Below, piece after piece: positions 51,184-62,522 of a DNA stretch of 64,000 nucleotides (within the stretch, counting starts at the first letter, position 1; each line of letters opens with the position of its first letter). The position numbers and the translations under genes were made by a program. Where the stretch lies: positions 2,194,242 to 2,258,241 of the forward strand of contig OZ241847.1 in NCBI GenBank assembly GCA_965202915.1. The letters are read 5' to 3'. Origin of the DNA: Gammaproteobacteria bacterium (GTDB lineage: Bacteria; Pseudomonadota; Gammaproteobacteria; Eutrophobiales; Eutrophobiaceae). The notes under the pieces are model-generated. The model was not told where the DNA came from and did not search any database. It saw only the letters and a program-made list of their open reading frames with translations.

Positions 51184-51993
51184 CTATACCCGCTTGAGAA
51201 TCAATTCCAGCACCATTTTGGAACCAAAATAGGCCAATAGCAGTAATGAAAAACCGCCTAATGCCCATTTCACGACGGTAATTCCCCGCCATCCCAAACG
51301 CCAACGCCCCCACAACAGAATGCCATAGACAAACCAGGCAAAAATCGAAAACACGGTTTTATGGGCAAGATGTTGAGCAAAGATATTATGGATAAACATC
51401 AGGCCGGAGGCGAGACTCAGGCTGAGTAAAAAGAACCCGATCATTATCAATTGAATCAACAGACTTTCCGTAGTCTGCATCGGTGGCAATATATTAAACA
51501 ATCCGGTGAAATGTTTATTCCGCAGGGTATATTCCTGGATATAAAGCATAAACGCCTGCAACGTGGCGATGGCAAGCAGGCTATAGGCAACAAGCGACAG
51601 CAAAATATGAAACTGTAGCCCAAATGACAGCAAACTATCCGGGGCTCCGGGATCATGCAGAGAGTATTGCAGGACCAGCACGATCACCGCCAACGGATAA
51701 ATAATTATCAACAGGCTTTCCACCGGTTTAACAACTGCGGTGAACGTGGCTATGGTGACGATAAGCCATGCCACCAGGGATAATGCATTATAGAAACCCA
51801 GGTCAACAACACCAGCAACAAGTAGGGTTTGATAGAGTGAAACCGCATGCAGAATCAACGCGCCCGCACCAACACCGAGATATAAAAACCGCGACCCAAA
51901 CCGGCTGCCAGGCCCCCCGGAAAAACGCATAAGGAGCATAACACTTGCCAGCAGATAGCCGACCATCGTCAATCCGAGGATAATAATATTCAT
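51184..51993 (-). CDS. Cytochrome c assembly (CcsA-like) family inner-membrane protein, YpjD-like
   Basis: 269 aa with 8 TM segments, a Trp-rich segment and the YfjD/YpjD adjacency seen in E. coli. Confidence 0.6.
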   Translation of the reverse strand: MNIIILGLTMVGYLLASVMLLMRFSGGPGSRFGSRFLYLGVGAGALILHAVSLYQTLLVAGVVDLGFYNALSLVAWLIVTIATFTAVVKPVESLLIIIYPLAVIVLVLQYSLHDPGAPDSLLSFGLQFHILLSLVAYSLLAIATLQAFMLYIQEYTLRNKHFTGLFNILPPMQTTESLLIQLIMIGFFLLSLSLASGLMFIHNIFAQHLAHKTVFSIFAWFVYGILLWGRWRLGWRGITVVKWALGGFSLLLLAYFGSKMVLELILKRV

Positions 51994-52303
51994 TGCATGG
52001 TGATCATATTCTCAGCATGATTGCATATTAACAGAGATTCAAAAAATTCCTGTGCACGGGGCGGCGTCAAACAATGGTCGATCAAAAGATGCGGAAACAT
52101 TATTTCCAAAAAAGTAATATCACCGAGGCACAGGCCAATTTTTCCGGCTATTTATTGCCGGGAATTGAATTATAATTTTTCTTATTTTTTTAAATAGATA
52201 TAGCTTTTATTAAATAAATTGTATTAAGATCATATCATAAGCTATACTTATCTATACTTAACTTAGAGAAATTAACCTGAACAGACAGTCGTAATAAACA
52301 ATC

Positions 52304-54553
52304 ATGTCCGATGATACTGAAAAAAGTGCACTTGATTACCACCGCTTACCTCGTCCCGGCAAGATAGAGATTTCTCCAACCAAACCGCTGGCCAATCAAC
52401 GGGACCTGGCACTCGCCTACAGTCCCGGCGTTGCCGAACCCTGCAAGGCCATCGCATCGGATGAAAACATGGCCGCCGAGCTTACCTCCCGTTCCAACCT
52501 GGTTGCGGTGATCACCAATGGCACCGCGGTGCTTGGCTTAGGCAATATCGGCCCGCTTGCCTCCAAGCCGGTGATGGAAGGCAAAGGTGTATTATTCAAG
52601 AAATTTGCCGGTATCGACGTATTTGATATCGAAATCGAGGAACAGGACCCCGCCAAACTGGTTGATATCATCGCCAGTCTGGAACCCACCTTCGGCGGGA
52701 TCAATCTCGAAGATATTAAATCCCCGGAATGTTTTCTGGTCGAAGGCCAGTTACGGCAACGTCTCGGCATACCAGTATTCCATGACGATCAGCATGGTAC
52801 GGCAATCATCGTTGCCGCGGCGGTATTAAATGCCCTGCGCCTGGTGGAAAAGAATATCGCAGATATAAAAATAGTGGTGACCGGCGCCGGCGCCTCCGGC
52901 ATCGCCTGCCTGAAGCTACTGGTCAAAATGGGTGCAAAAAAGGCAAATATCATCGTCGTCGATAGAACCGGTGTGATTTCCAAAAATCGCGGGGGCTTGA
53001 CGCCTCACAAGAGGATGTTTGCAAGCGATACCGATGCCAGGACTTTATCCGACGCGATACAGGGCGCGGATATGTTTTTGGGTTTATCCGGGCCGGGGGT
53101 GGTCAAGCCTGAAATGGTGCGCAGCATGGCGAAACGACCGTTGATCTTTGCCCTGTCGAATCCACTGCCGGAGATACTGCCGGAGGAAGTCAAAGCGGTG
53201 CGGTCAGACGCGATCATTGCCACCGGGCGCTCCGATTACCCAAACCAGGTCAACAATGTATTGTGTTTTCCATTTATTTTCCGGGGCGCACTGGATGTAT
53301 GTGCGACCACAATCAACGATGAGATGAAACTTGCCTGCGTCAAGGCATTGGCGGAATTGGCTCATGAAGAGGCACCGGATACAGTGGTCGCCGCATATGG
53401 AGGGGACGAAATTAAATTTGGGCCGGATTACCTGATCCCCAAACCATTTGACCCCAGGCTGATCATGAAACTTGCGCCGGCGGTGGCAGAAGCGGCGATG
53501 CAAAGCGGCGTCGCCAGGCGGCCGATTAAAGATCTGCGGAAATACATGGAGAAGCTGTCACAATATGTATTCAGATCCATCATCCTGATGCGACCGGTAT
53601 TTGAAAAGGCCAAGCAGGCTCCCAAACGGCTGGTATATGCGGAAGGCGAACAACCCAAGGTATTGAGGGCGGTGCAATCGGTCATTGATGAAGGCATTGC
53701 AAAACCCATCTTGATAGGCGATGAAGCCCTGATTGACTCCCATATCAAAAGAATGGGGTTAAGAATTCGACCCGGTATAGACGTTCAAATCGTCAACCCT
53801 GAGCAACATGAGCCTGCAAAAAACAACCCGGATAGCCCGGATAGCATCACAAGCAATACCCGCCTTGCGGCAACCATGATTCACAACGGTGAGGCCGATG
53901 GCCTGATCTGTGGCACCACCGGCAACTACCATCAACACCTGAATCAAGTGATAGCGGAACTGGGGGTAATGAACGGCATACAGCAACCCACTGCAATGAA
54001 TATCCTGATCCTCAAAATGGGGGTATTTTTTATCTGTGATTCTGCAGTGACGGTTGAACCCAATGCCGAACAGATCGCCGGCAACACCCTACTGGCCACC
54101 GAAAGCGTCAGGCGATTCGGCATTACGCCCAGGGCGGCCCTGTTGTCGTTTTCAAATAACGGTGATATTTACCCTGACGATACCGCAAAAATGGCAACGG
54201 CACTACAATTGATCCGGCAACGACAACCCGACCTCAGGATCGAAGGGCCGATGCGGGCTGATGCGGCATTGGTAAGTGGGATAAGAAAACGGGTCTTACC
54301 TTATTCCAAACTCGTAGAAAACGCCAATCTATTGATCATGCCCAATCTGCATGCCGCCAAAATTGCATACGATATGATAAAAGTGTTGAGTGACGGGATA
54401 TCCATAGGCCCGATATTATTGGGATTAAACCATCCGGTTCACATCATGACGCCCTCATCCACCGTTCGGCGTTTGGTCAACGCCAGCGCGCTTGCAGTGG
54501 TTGATACGGGATTGGCGGTTGCGGCTCAACGACGGGTAAAAAAAGCCAGCTGA
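52304..54553 (+). CDS. maeB: NADP-dependent malic enzyme (malic enzyme fused to a PTA-like domain)
   Basis: N-terminal malic-enzyme half ([13 protein letters not shown]...[12 protein letters not shown]) and a C-terminal phosphate acetyltransferase-like half. Confidence 0.9.
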   Translation: MSDDTEKSALDYHRLPRPGKIEISPTKPLANQRDLALAYSPGVAEPCKAIASDENMAAELTSRSNLVAVITNGTAVLGLGNIGPLASKPVMEGKGVLFKKFAGIDVFDIEIEEQDPAKLVDIIASLEPTFGGINLEDIKSPECFLVEGQLRQRLGIPVFHDDQHGTAIIVAAAVLNALRLVEKNIADIKIVVTGAGASGIACLKLLVKMGAKKANIIVVDRTGVISKNRGGLTPHKRMFASDTDARTLSDAIQGADMFLGLSGPGVVKPEMVRSMAKRPLIFALSNPLPEILPEEVKAVRSDAIIATGRSDYPNQVNNVLCFPFIFRGALDVCATTINDEMKLACVKALAELAHEEAPDTVVAAYGGDEIKFGPDYLIPKPFDPRLIMKLAPAVAEAAMQSGVARRPIKDLRKYMEKLSQYVFRSIILMRPVFEKAKQAPKRLVYAEGEQPKVLRAVQSVIDEGIAKPILIGDEALIDSHIKRMGLRIRPGIDVQIVNPEQHEPAKNNPDSPDSITSNTRLAATMIHNGEADGLICGTTGNYHQHLNQVIAELGVMNGIQQPTAMNILILKMGVFFICDSAVTVEPNAEQIAGNTLLATESVRRFGITPRAALLSFSNNGDIYPDDTAKMATALQLIRQRQPDLRIEGPMRADAALVSGIRKRVLPYSKLVENANLLIMPNLHAAKIAYDMIKVLSDGISIGPILLGLNHPVHIMTPSSTVRRLVNASALAVVDTGLAVAAQRRVKKAS

Positions 54554-54746
54554 CTGTAGCGGGAGCACGGTTCCACCGTCATCTTCCCGTCATCGGTCAC
54601 GTCTTGCATTCCAATTGGCTGATATCCGGGTATTCCTCGCCAGCTCGTGCCCGCCGGGAAACGTCGGGGCGGGTGCATATCGGCCATTAAAATCACCGTG
54701 ACACTAAATTACAGTTGAAAACCAGGGTATAAATTAAACCTTGCAA

Positions 54747-54780
54747 GTGAGAATAGTTTTCATTTATCATTAGTTTCTCA
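54747..54780. promoter_or_regulatory. Fur-box-like palindrome (TGAGAA-N22-TTCTCA with an AT-rich GATAAT/ATCATT-like core) upstream of the FetP-like pair
   Basis: tgagaatagttttcatttatcattagtttctca has 6-bp inverted arms and the internal hexamers AATAGT/TTATCATT, resembling Fur consensus half-sites. It sits about 30 bp upstream of the 54807 start. Confidence 0.25.
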
Positions 54781-54806
54781 TTTAGATTAGATAAAGGGGG
54801 AACGGT

Positions 54807-55544
54807 GTGGAAGCAAATCAAAAACTCGTCATTACCTGGTTCAACAGAGGCCGACGGGTCTGCCTGAGCACATTGTTCATTATAGCCTTTTCAGGCGGTG
54901 TCGCAACCGCCGATGAGGCCGCACAACTGGAAACAGAGGCATCCCTGAGGTGGGATTCCAAATACGTCTCTCGCGGACGAGATCAATTGGATGACGGCGG
55001 CATTTTCTCCCCGGAAATTGGCCTGTCTTATGGTAACAGTTACGTCGGCGCCTGGTTTGCCGTTGGCGATTCGGTCAACTATCGTGAATTGAATCTCTCG
55101 GTCGGACACGTTTTCTCGGCCGGTCCGGTGGAATTGGACCTGGGCTATACCTGGCTCTGGTTCGAGGATGAAAGAACGGACGAGAATGAATTCACCGCCA
55201 TTGCCTCCTGGCAGGCTCAGGAATGGCTGGGTTTCGACGCCGATTACATCTATAACACCCTCGAGGATGGATGGGCAATTGATGCGGTGGTACGGGGCAA
55301 TTTTGCCGTTGGCAATTTTACAATCTCTCCATACGCCCTTGCCGGATTTGATTTCGGCTTCTCCAGCCCTGAGCACAACGGCATTGCTGAAATTCAGATT
55401 GGCGCCGAGACGAGTATCCCACTGGGGGATAAATCGGAATTGAGTATCTACGCCGCTCATTCCCTGGCTCAAAGAGATAAGAGTAGAGACGGTCTGGGTG
55501 ACCTGAGCTGGATCGGGGTCGGACTGCATTTCCATCTGCCGTAG
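54807..55544 (+). CDS. Small outer-membrane beta-barrel protein (Gcw_chp/TIGR02001-like)
   Basis: Signal-like LSTLFIIAFSGGVATA, the pattern SLRWDSKYVSRGRDQLDDGG, alternating hydrophobic beta-strands and the terminal ...VGLHFHLP. Confidence 0.4.
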   Translation: MEANQKLVITWFNRGRRVCLSTLFIIAFSGGVATADEAAQLETEASLRWDSKYVSRGRDQLDDGGIFSPEIGLSYGNSYVGAWFAVGDSVNYRELNLSVGHVFSAGPVELDLGYTWLWFEDERTDENEFTAIASWQAQEWLGFDADYIYNTLEDGWAIDAVVRGNFAVGNFTISPYALAGFDFGFSSPEHNGIAEIQIGAETSIPLGDKSELSIYAAHSLAQRDKSRDGLGDLSWIGVGLHFHLP

Positions 55545-55583
55545 ATAACCGCTATTACTATCCAATATAGAGGAGGAAACACC

Positions 55584-56177
55584 ATGAATAATCATTATGC
55601 AATCAAGCTCCCAACTGTGCCGCAAGGCTTGCCGGGAAAATGCCTGGTACTGTGCTGGCCGTTACTGCTGGCGACGGACATATATGCCGCCGAACTGATC
55701 CTCGGCAAAGAGCGCATCCCACCCGGTATTGAGCTCATCTTTGAAGGTGCCGTCAAAGATGACGTGACGCCCGCCGGCCAACATTTGCCAATCGCTAAAA
55801 CCCACGTACACCTGGAGGCATTGGCGAACTGGGCTGAAGACGGGTCGGCACCGGCGGGCGCCCCCGGCGGAGGCTTCATACCTTACCTGAAGATCACTGC
55901 TGAAGTCACCAATGAAACAAGCGGGGCTTCAACACTGGTGGACCTGGTACCGCACATTAACCTGATTGACAACCTGCACTACGCACGCAACATGTCCCTG
56001 CCGGGCAAGATCACCGATAAATACGAGGTGACTTTCCACGTTGTCCCCCCCGGCAGATTCGACCTTGCCTATCACAAGGATTGGCGGGTGCAATACGAAA
56101 AAGGCTTATTCAAAGAAGCAAAATTCCGCATCCGGCACATCGACTTCGAGGAAATTGCGCTGGCGACCAGGGAGTAA
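55584..56177 (+). CDS. FetP/P19-like periplasmic iron(II)/copper-binding uptake protein (COG3470)
   Basis: HVHLEALANW...GGGFIPYLKITAEVTNETSGAS...LVPHINLIDNLHYARNMSL...YEVTFHVVPP aligns by eye with FetP/P19 (DVHLEADIHA...GEWIPYLTISY...DGPHYGANIKM...YKVTYHIEPP). Signal peptide present. Confidence 0.5.
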   Translation: MNNHYAIKLPTVPQGLPGKCLVLCWPLLLATDIYAAELILGKERIPPGIELIFEGAVKDDVTPAGQHLPIAKTHVHLEALANWAEDGSAPAGAPGGGFIPYLKITAEVTNETSGASTLVDLVPHINLIDNLHYARNMSLPGKITDKYEVTFHVVPPGRFDLAYHKDWRVQYEKGLFKEAKFRIRHIDFEEIALATRE

Positions 56178-56260
56178 GGCCTGCTGGTAAACACCGTCCG
56201 CCGCTGACCGGGGCAAACCGTGGCGATACAGTACACTCGCCGGTCGGCCGCGGGCATTGA

Positions 56261-56767
56261 TCAGTCCGGTTTAAACGAATGCCGATACAGGATGGCCGGT
56301 ACTGATGCAATCAAGATCGCCAGGAAGCAGATCATGCTCCATTCCGCAATACTCATACTCATGAAACGCCATTGCACCTCGGCACATTCGCCGGAACCGG
56401 TGAACACCATGCCAATGGCCTCCCGTAGCGGGAAGACTTCCAACATGTACTCCAGGCCCGGCCCACATTCAGGCACTTCATCCGGCGGCAAATGCTGTAG
56501 CCAGATCTGGCGCCCGGCAATCGCCGCGCCCGCCAACGCGATAACGCTGATCACCCCATGATAAATTTTGCCCACAAATTGGCGCGGACCGTGAATCACC
56601 GCAATCAGGGCGACCAGGGCGATCAATACATACGCTAACCGTTGCAGGATACAAAGCGGACAGGGTTCAAGTCCGACCCCGTATTCCAGATACAGTCCAA
56701 ACCCAAGCAATCCGATGCAGGCCAGGAGCAGCAGCAGAAAATACGCCCTTGATGTAACCATGCTGAT
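56261..56767 (-). CDS. dsbB: Disulfide bond formation protein B
   Basis: 4 TM segments, periplasmic Cys pairs CPLCILQR and ...ECGPG...GECAEVQW, and similar overall to E. coli DsbB. Confidence 0.8.
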   Translation of the reverse strand: MSMVTSRAYFLLLLLACIGLLGFGLYLEYGVGLEPCPLCILQRLAYVLIALVALIAVIHGPRQFVGKIYHGVISVIALAGAAIAGRQIWLQHLPPDEVPECGPGLEYMLEVFPLREAIGMVFTGSGECAEVQWRFMSMSIAEWSMICFLAILIASVPAILYRHSFKPD

Positions 56768-56790
56768 CATCCTGACAAACATATCATATT

Positions 56791-57783
56791 TTATGAATTT
56801 AACCGGCTTTTGAAAAACGCCGGAATGCGTCTTTCCAACCAATAGGTCGATTGAAACGGGAATCTTCCGCCGACAAATCCAACGTGACCGCCCGTATCGG
56901 CAAGTTCAAGCGTCACCTGATCCGATAATTCAGCCAAACCGGGAATGGCCGCCGCGGTCAGGAAAGGATCATCGCGGGCATGAACGATCAAGGTCGGTAC
57001 CCGGATGTCTTTTATAAATTGCCGGCTGCTGCATTTTGCATAATAATCATCGGCGTTTTTAAACCCATGCAAACGTGCGGTAACGCAATCATCGAATAAC
57101 GCAAAGCTGCTCCATTTATGCATCCGGGTCATATCAAAAGGCGTCGGTCTGTGCAAAAATTTGTAACGCATCTTATTTGCAAGACGGTTTATCAGATAAC
57201 GCCGGTACAAGCGTGACGCCCCTCGATCGAGTCTTGCCGCACCCTTGGCCAATTCAAACGGAACCGATACCGCCACCGCAACCTTGATCATGCTCCGATT
57301 GCCCTCTTCCCCCAGATACTTTAACAAAACATTGCCCCCCAGAGAAAACCCTATTATGGCGACGTCCCGATTTGGAAAATGGCGCGCCAGATATTTGATA
57401 AAATACCGCAGATCACCCGTGTCACCGGCATGATAACTTCTTTGCAATCTGTTATGCCTGCCGCCGCATCCTCTGAAATGCATAAGCACACCCTGCCAGC
57501 CCTGCCGTTCAACCCTGTGCAACATACCCCTTATATAGCGCGAATTAACAGACCCCTCAAGACCATGTAACAACACTATAATCGGGCCGTCACAGTCGCG
57601 GGTCCAAACCAAATCAACAAAGTCGCCATCATCGGTATCCAGAGTTTGCCATCGTAATTCAAGCCTGTTCCGCCGGCGGAACAGGGCCGGCCATATAGTC
57701 TGGAGATGTTTATTCCTAAGCCACCAGGCCGGCTGAAATTGACTTTCGATGATCACGGTATGGTCACAAAAACCACTTCCCAA
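56791..57783 (-). CDS. Alpha/beta-fold hydrolase, YheT-like (AB_hydrolase_4)
   Basis: KHLQTIWPALFRR..., GFSLGGN (nucleophile elbow GxSxG) and a length typical of YheT. Confidence 0.7.
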   Translation of the reverse strand: MGSGFCDHTVIIESQFQPAWWLRNKHLQTIWPALFRRRNRLELRWQTLDTDDGDFVDLVWTRDCDGPIIVLLHGLEGSVNSRYIRGMLHRVERQGWQGVLMHFRGCGGRHNRLQRSYHAGDTGDLRYFIKYLARHFPNRDVAIIGFSLGGNVLLKYLGEEGNRSMIKVAVAVSVPFELAKGAARLDRGASRLYRRYLINRLANKMRYKFLHRPTPFDMTRMHKWSSFALFDDCVTARLHGFKNADDYYAKCSSRQFIKDIRVPTLIVHARDDPFLTAAAIPGLAELSDQVTLELADTGGHVGFVGGRFPFQSTYWLERRIPAFFKSRLNS

Positions 57784-57843
57784 AATACCTCATCTTGCCG
57801 GCAACCCGGCAAAACTTTCTCCTGATAGCGCGGCGACGCTTGT

Positions 57844-58887
57844 TCAAGGATTCTCCCCCTGTTCGAGTGTGTGCCGCATATTGCCAAGCCCAGGCGATGG
57901 ATGGAGTATTACGGACCGGTCCGGTTTGTTTGACAGGCATATCCGGTCGGCATCCGGACGGTCCAGTTCCATCACCACCAGCATAATCGTTTTCTCACCG
58001 CTATCCCTGATGCAGGACAGTACCGTGCCTATTGACCGGTCATTGCCATCATAACAAAGGGTGTCACCCACGTTTGCGTCCGCAGCCACCGACGCCGGCA
58101 TAAGGCGGCGTTTTACCGTGCCGCGGTAATGCAGGCGAGCAATCACTTCCTGCCCCGGAAAGCAGCCTTTGTTCAGGTTGATTGCAGACAGTAAATCCAG
58201 GTTCAGCATTTGCGGCAGAAACTGTTCGCTGGTCCTGGTGCCGACCCGGGGCAGGCCCTGCTTAATATCCAGATATTGCCAGGATAGGTCGTCAGTAAAA
58301 GACACCAACACTTCCCGGTTCTCGATAACGGACCGCATATCAGCAAAATCAGACAAGATCATCACCCTCCCCGAATGCTCAGGCAGACCGATTATTACCC
58401 GATTTTCATGCACGATGACCCCGCCGGGCGGACAGTCAATTCCCCCCCCGGTGTGCAGCGCATTAACCGTCTCCATATCCGCCGCACCCGATAAAACATA
58501 ATCATTACCGGCCTCCTCTATTTTTACATTGGCGCGCAACTTAAACATGGCCAGACGCGGTGACACCACAGCGGTTAAATCCTCAGGCAGCAGCATAAAA
58601 AAGTCGCCGCTGATATTGGCAAGTATAAAAAAACTGATCACCTGACCCCTGGGATTGCACCAGGCATTGAGCTGACAGCCCGAAGCCGCAATCGCGGTAA
58701 CGTCATTACTGAATTGACCGTTTAGAAATGACAGGGCATCGGGCCCCGACACCTTAATGATCGCCAAATGAGACAGATCAAACAGCCAGCACCGGTCTGG
58801 CCCCTGAAGTTCGGATACATCGCCAAGGTCGGCAAACCGGGTGAACCGACTCGACCGTTGCAGAAGGGTACGCCATTCCCGGTTCAT
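57844..58887 (-). CDS. ygfZ: Folate-binding Fe-S cluster repair protein YgfZ
   Basis: GcvT-like fold and the conserved C-terminal KGCFPGQEVIAR (the KGC[Y/F]xGQE motif). Confidence 0.8.
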   Translation of the reverse strand: MNREWRTLLQRSSRFTRFADLGDVSELQGPDRCWLFDLSHLAIIKVSGPDALSFLNGQFSNDVTAIAASGCQLNAWCNPRGQVISFFILANISGDFFMLLPEDLTAVVSPRLAMFKLRANVKIEEAGNDYVLSGAADMETVNALHTGGGIDCPPGGVIVHENRVIIGLPEHSGRVMILSDFADMRSVIENREVLVSFTDDLSWQYLDIKQGLPRVGTRTSEQFLPQMLNLDLLSAINLNKGCFPGQEVIARLHYRGTVKRRLMPASVAADANVGDTLCYDGNDRSIGTVLSCIRDSGEKTIMLVVMELDRPDADRICLSNKPDRSVILHPSPGLGNMRHTLEQGENP

Positions 58888-58900
58888 AGATACCCAAAAA

Positions 58901-59152
58901 CTATTTAGTCTTTACTTGCCGTAACAGGGCAATGATGGCATTGAAATCATCCCGCCGCGGCCGGCCCTTATCCATGATCCAGGCGAGAATATCCAAATCG
59001 GCCTCATCCAGCATATCATCGAAACTCAGTTTTTGATTGTCCGACAGCCGGTCATAATGCCGTTCAATAAAGCCCTGCAACAACAAATCCATCTCCTTGA
59101 CGCCGCGCCGGCAACGCCACCGCAGACGGGAGCGACTGGCCTCCATAGACAC
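58901..59152 (-). CDS. sdhE: FAD assembly factor SdhE (flavinylation of SdhA)
   Basis: 83 aa with the RGxxE motif in CRRGVKEMDLLL. Immediately downstream of sdhB. Confidence 0.8.
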   Translation of the reverse strand: MSMEASRSRLRWRCRRGVKEMDLLLQGFIERHYDRLSDNQKLSFDDMLDEADLDILAWIMDKGRPRRDDFNAIIALLRQVKTK

Positions 59153-59154
59153 GA

Positions 59155-59943
59155 TTAAACCGTGCGGGTAAGCATCAATTTTTTAACCTCGGCAATGGCC
59201 TTCGCCGGGTTCAATCCTTTTGGACAGGTATTGGTACAATTCATAATCGTATGACAACGATACAGACGGAACGGGTCTTCCAGTTCATCCAGACGCTCAC
59301 CGGTATTTTCATCCCGACTATCGACAATCCAGCGATAGGCCTGAAGCAGTATCGCCGGCCCAAGATAGCGGTCCCCATTCCACCAATAGCTCGGACAACT
59401 GGTGGAACAACATGCGCACAATATGCACTCATACAAACCATCCAGCCGGGCCCGCTCCGGTTTTGATTGCAGACGTTCAGCATCCGGCGGCGGCGGACTC
59501 TGGGTTTGCATCCAGGGTTTAATGGATGCGTATTGCGCATAAAAATGGGTCAGATCAGGCACCAGGTCCTTGATCACCGGCAGATGCGGTAACGGATAGA
59601 TTGCAATATCACCGGCAAAATTTTTGATCGCCCTGGTACAGGCCAGGGTATTAGTGCCACCAACGTTCATCGCACAGGAACCACAGATCCCCTCCCGGCA
59701 GGAGCGACGAAAAGTGAGTGTCGAATCCAACTCATTTTTAATGTAAATCAGAGCATCCAGCACCATCGGCCCGCATTGATCAAGATCGATCCGGTAACTA
59801 TCCATGACCGGATTGTGATCCTTGTCCGGGTCCCAGCGATAGACGCGCAAAGTCTTGTCGCGTGCCGCACCATTGGCGGCGTTCACGGTCTTGCCCGATT
59901 TGACCCTGGAATTTTTTGGTAACGTGAATTCAGCCATGATCAC
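59155..59943 (-). CDS. sdhB: Succinate dehydrogenase iron-sulfur subunit
   Basis: 2Fe-2[12 protein letters not shown], 4Fe-4[13 protein letters not shown] and 3Fe-4[15 protein letters not shown]. Confidence 0.95.
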   Translation of the reverse strand: MIMAEFTLPKNSRVKSGKTVNAANGAARDKTLRVYRWDPDKDHNPVMDSYRIDLDQCGPMVLDALIYIKNELDSTLTFRRSCREGICGSCAMNVGGTNTLACTRAIKNFAGDIAIYPLPHLPVIKDLVPDLTHFYAQYASIKPWMQTQSPPPPDAERLQSKPERARLDGLYECILCACCSTSCPSYWWNGDRYLGPAILLQAYRWIVDSRDENTGERLDELEDPFRLYRCHTIMNCTNTCPKGLNPAKAIAEVKKLMLTRTV

Positions 59944-59964
59944 TCTCTCAAATAGTTATAATAA

Positions 59965-61752
59965 TCAATAGACCCGTTTCTTAGGAGGAATAACCTCAAC
60001 CTCGTCAGTCAACGTGAACAAATGCGTTGGCCGATAACCAAACGACACCTTGCCGTTGGCATCGATCCAGGTCAAAGTATGTTTCATCCAGTTTTCATCA
60101 TCCCGATCGGGATAATCCTCCCTGGCGTGCCCGCCCCGGCTTTCCTGTCTATTATCGGCGGCGTGTATGCTCACGATTGCACACTGCAACAGATTTCTTA
60201 GCTCCAGTGTCTCCACCAGATCGGTATTCCAGATCATGCTTCTGTCTTCCAATTTAACGTCGGCAAATGAATCCCAGATCCCGGCCATTACCTCAATACC
60301 CTCGCGCATAACCTCGCCGGTGCGAAATACCGCGGCGTGACCCTGCATATTGCGTTGCATATTGGTGCGGATCCGTGACGTAGGAACCGAGCCGTTGCTA
60401 TGACGAAGCTGATCCAGTTCCTCTATCGCCTGCGCACCCGCGTCCTGAAGGGACTTATGCGCCATCCCCGGCTTGATATTTTCCGCGCAATAATTTGCGG
60501 CCGCCCGCCCAAACACGATCAGATCCAGCAGCGAATTGGAACCCAGCCTGTTGGCGCCGTGCACCGACACACAGGCCGCTTCACCGATAGACATCAAGCC
60601 GGGCACCACCGCGTCCGGATCATCACCGTCCAGGGTCACCACCTGGCCGTGGTAATTGGTCGGGATCCCACCCATATTGTAATGCACGGTCGGGATCACC
60701 GGTATCGGTTCCCTGGAGACGTCAACCCCGGCAAAAATCCTGGCCGACTCGGCGATCCCAGGCAGACGCTCATTGATCACCTCCGTGCCCAGATGCTCCA
60801 GATGCAGATGCACGTGATCCTTATCCGCCCCCACGCCCCGGCCTTCACGGATCTCGACCGTCATTGAACGGCTGACCACGTCACGCGATGCAAGGTCTTT
60901 CGCGGACGGCGCATAACGCTCCATGAATCGTTCGCCGTCCGAATTGGTTAAATAGCCACCCTCACCCCTGACCCCCTCGGTGATTAAACAACCGGAACCA
61001 TAAATCCCGGTCGGGTGAAATTGAATAAATTCCATATCCTGCAACGGCAACCCGGCGCGCAACACCATCGCATTCCCGTCACCGGTGCAGGTATGCGCCG
61101 AAGTGCAGGAAAAATAAGCGCGGCCATAGCCGCCGGTGGCCAATACCACCTGGTGGGCGCGAAACCGATGCAAGGTGCCGTCGTCCAACTTCCAGGCCAT
61201 CACCCCGACGCAGGCGCCGTCATCATCCATAATCAGATCCAGCGCAAAGTATTCAACAAAAAAATCGGCGTCATACTTTAACGATTGCTGATACAGCGTA
61301 TGCAATATCGCATGGCCGGTACGGTCCGCCGCCGCACAGGTTCGCTGGGCGGTGCCTTCACCATAATTGGTCGTCATGCCGCCAAATGGACGCTGATAGA
61401 TCTTGCCGTCCTCGGTGCGCGAAAACGGCACCCCGTAATGCTCCAGTTCTATCACCGACGGAGCCGCCTCACGACACATATACTCGATGGCATCCTGATC
61501 GCCCAGCCAATCGGACCCCTTGACCGTGTCGTACATATGCCAGCGCCAATCATCCTCTCCCATGTTACCGAGCGCGGCGCTCATTCCGCCCTGAGCCGCG
61601 ACGGTGTGGCTGCGGGTCGGAAACACCTTGGTGATACAGGCGGTCGCCAGGCCCTTCACGGCCATGCCGAACGTCGCCCGTAACCCGGCGCCGCCGGCAC
61701 CGACCACGACCACGTCATACCGATGTTCAATAATCTGATAACCGTCGGCCAT
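59965..61752 (-). CDS. sdhA: Succinate dehydrogenase flavoprotein subunit
   Basis: [18 protein letters not shown]-binding motif, the flavinylation His in [10 protein letters not shown] and the C-terminal fumarate reductase/SDH domain. Confidence 0.95.
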   Translation of the reverse strand: MADGYQIIEHRYDVVVVGAGGAGLRATFGMAVKGLATACITKVFPTRSHTVAAQGGMSAALGNMGEDDWRWHMYDTVKGSDWLGDQDAIEYMCREAAPSVIELEHYGVPFSRTEDGKIYQRPFGGMTTNYGEGTAQRTCAAADRTGHAILHTLYQQSLKYDADFFVEYFALDLIMDDDGACVGVMAWKLDDGTLHRFRAHQVVLATGGYGRAYFSCTSAHTCTGDGNAMVLRAGLPLQDMEFIQFHPTGIYGSGCLITEGVRGEGGYLTNSDGERFMERYAPSAKDLASRDVVSRSMTVEIREGRGVGADKDHVHLHLEHLGTEVINERLPGIAESARIFAGVDVSREPIPVIPTVHYNMGGIPTNYHGQVVTLDGDDPDAVVPGLMSIGEAACVSVHGANRLGSNSLLDLIVFGRAAANYCAENIKPGMAHKSLQDAGAQAIEELDQLRHSNGSVPTSRIRTNMQRNMQGHAAVFRTGEVMREGIEVMAGIWDSFADVKLEDRSMIWNTDLVETLELRNLLQCAIVSIHAADNRQESRGGHAREDYPDRDDENWMKHTLTWIDANGKVSFGYRPTHLFTLTDEVEVIPPKKRVY

Positions 61753-61758
61753 CGCGGT

Positions 61759-62142
61759 TCAAAACCCCAGAGACATTTTCAATACCGCCACCAGCGCCGC
61801 CAACCCGGCCAAACAGAACAAAAACTTAACCAGCATGATGCACGCAATCTTTTGCCATTCCGGTTGAATATAATCCTCTATTACCACCTGCATACCGAGT
61901 GCCGCGTGATAATAAAGTGCAATCAACATCAGCAACATAAGCACACAGCGCATTGGCGATAACTGCAACCAGCTATTTATGCCGGCATAATCCATCGTAG
62001 TCATACTCACCAGGGAATAAACAAACCACACGCTGAGCGGCACCAGCAAAACCGCGGTCAATCTTTGCGCCCACCAATGGCGCAAACCCTCTTTGGCGGA
62101 ACCCAGGCCGCGCGCCCTGGCTATCGGGGTTTGCAGACTCAT
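61759..62142 (-). CDS. sdhD: Succinate dehydrogenase hydrophobic membrane anchor subunit
   Basis: 127 aa, 3 TM segments with the heme-ligand His region. Its start overlaps the sdhC stop. Confidence 0.8.
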   Translation of the reverse strand: MSLQTPIARARGLGSAKEGLRHWWAQRLTAVLLVPLSVWFVYSLVSMTTMDYAGINSWLQLSPMRCVLMLLMLIALYYHAALGMQVVIEDYIQPEWQKIACIMLVKFLFCLAGLAALVAVLKMSLGF

Positions 62143-62522
62143 ACACTGCCACCCGCAAGCCAGGTCGCAACGCTAAGCAACAACGCAACCACGATGGCGG
62201 CGTAACCGCTTTTATAACTGGTCTCAAGCTCCAGGCCGAAACCCGCGTCCCAGAATAAATGCCTGATGCCGTTGCACAAGTGGTAATAGAAAGAAAGCAC
62301 AAACGCAAACAACAGACACTGACCGTACCAACTGCTGATATGAGTCTGCATCAGCGCGAAATATTGCGGCCCGGTGGCCGCCGCCGTTAACCAGCAGGCA
62401 AGCAACACCGCGCCCAGCGCCAAAAATACCCCGGTGCCGCGATGACTGATCGACAACAGCGAAGTCAACTGCGGTTTATATATCTGCAAATGCGGTGATA
62501 AGGGTCTATTTACCATCGCCAT
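62139..62522 (-). CDS. sdhC: Succinate dehydrogenase cytochrome b556 subunit; start at MAMVNRPLS
   Basis: RPLSPHLQIYKPQLTSLLSISHRGTG matches the SdhC N-terminus. AGGAGG lies upstream of the ATG complement at 62520-62522. Confidence 0.8.
   Translation of the reverse strand: MAMVNRPLSPHLQIYKPQLTSLLSISHRGTGVFLALGAVLLACWLTAAATGPQYFALMQTHISSWYGQCLLFAFVLSFYYHLCNGIRHLFWDAGFGLELETSYKSGYAAIVVALLLSVATWLAGGSV

Noticed and set aside
52000-52303. AT-rich region with short direct repeats (ctatactta x2) upstream of maeB
   Set aside because: It is probably just an AT-rich promoter/UP region. The repeats are short and no specific regulator site is recognisable.
54554-54700. Possible Rho-independent terminator after maeB (GCCCGCCggg aaacgtc ggGGCGGGtgc)
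   Set aside because: The stem is imperfect and no T-rich tract follows, so a terminator call is not justified from sequence alone.
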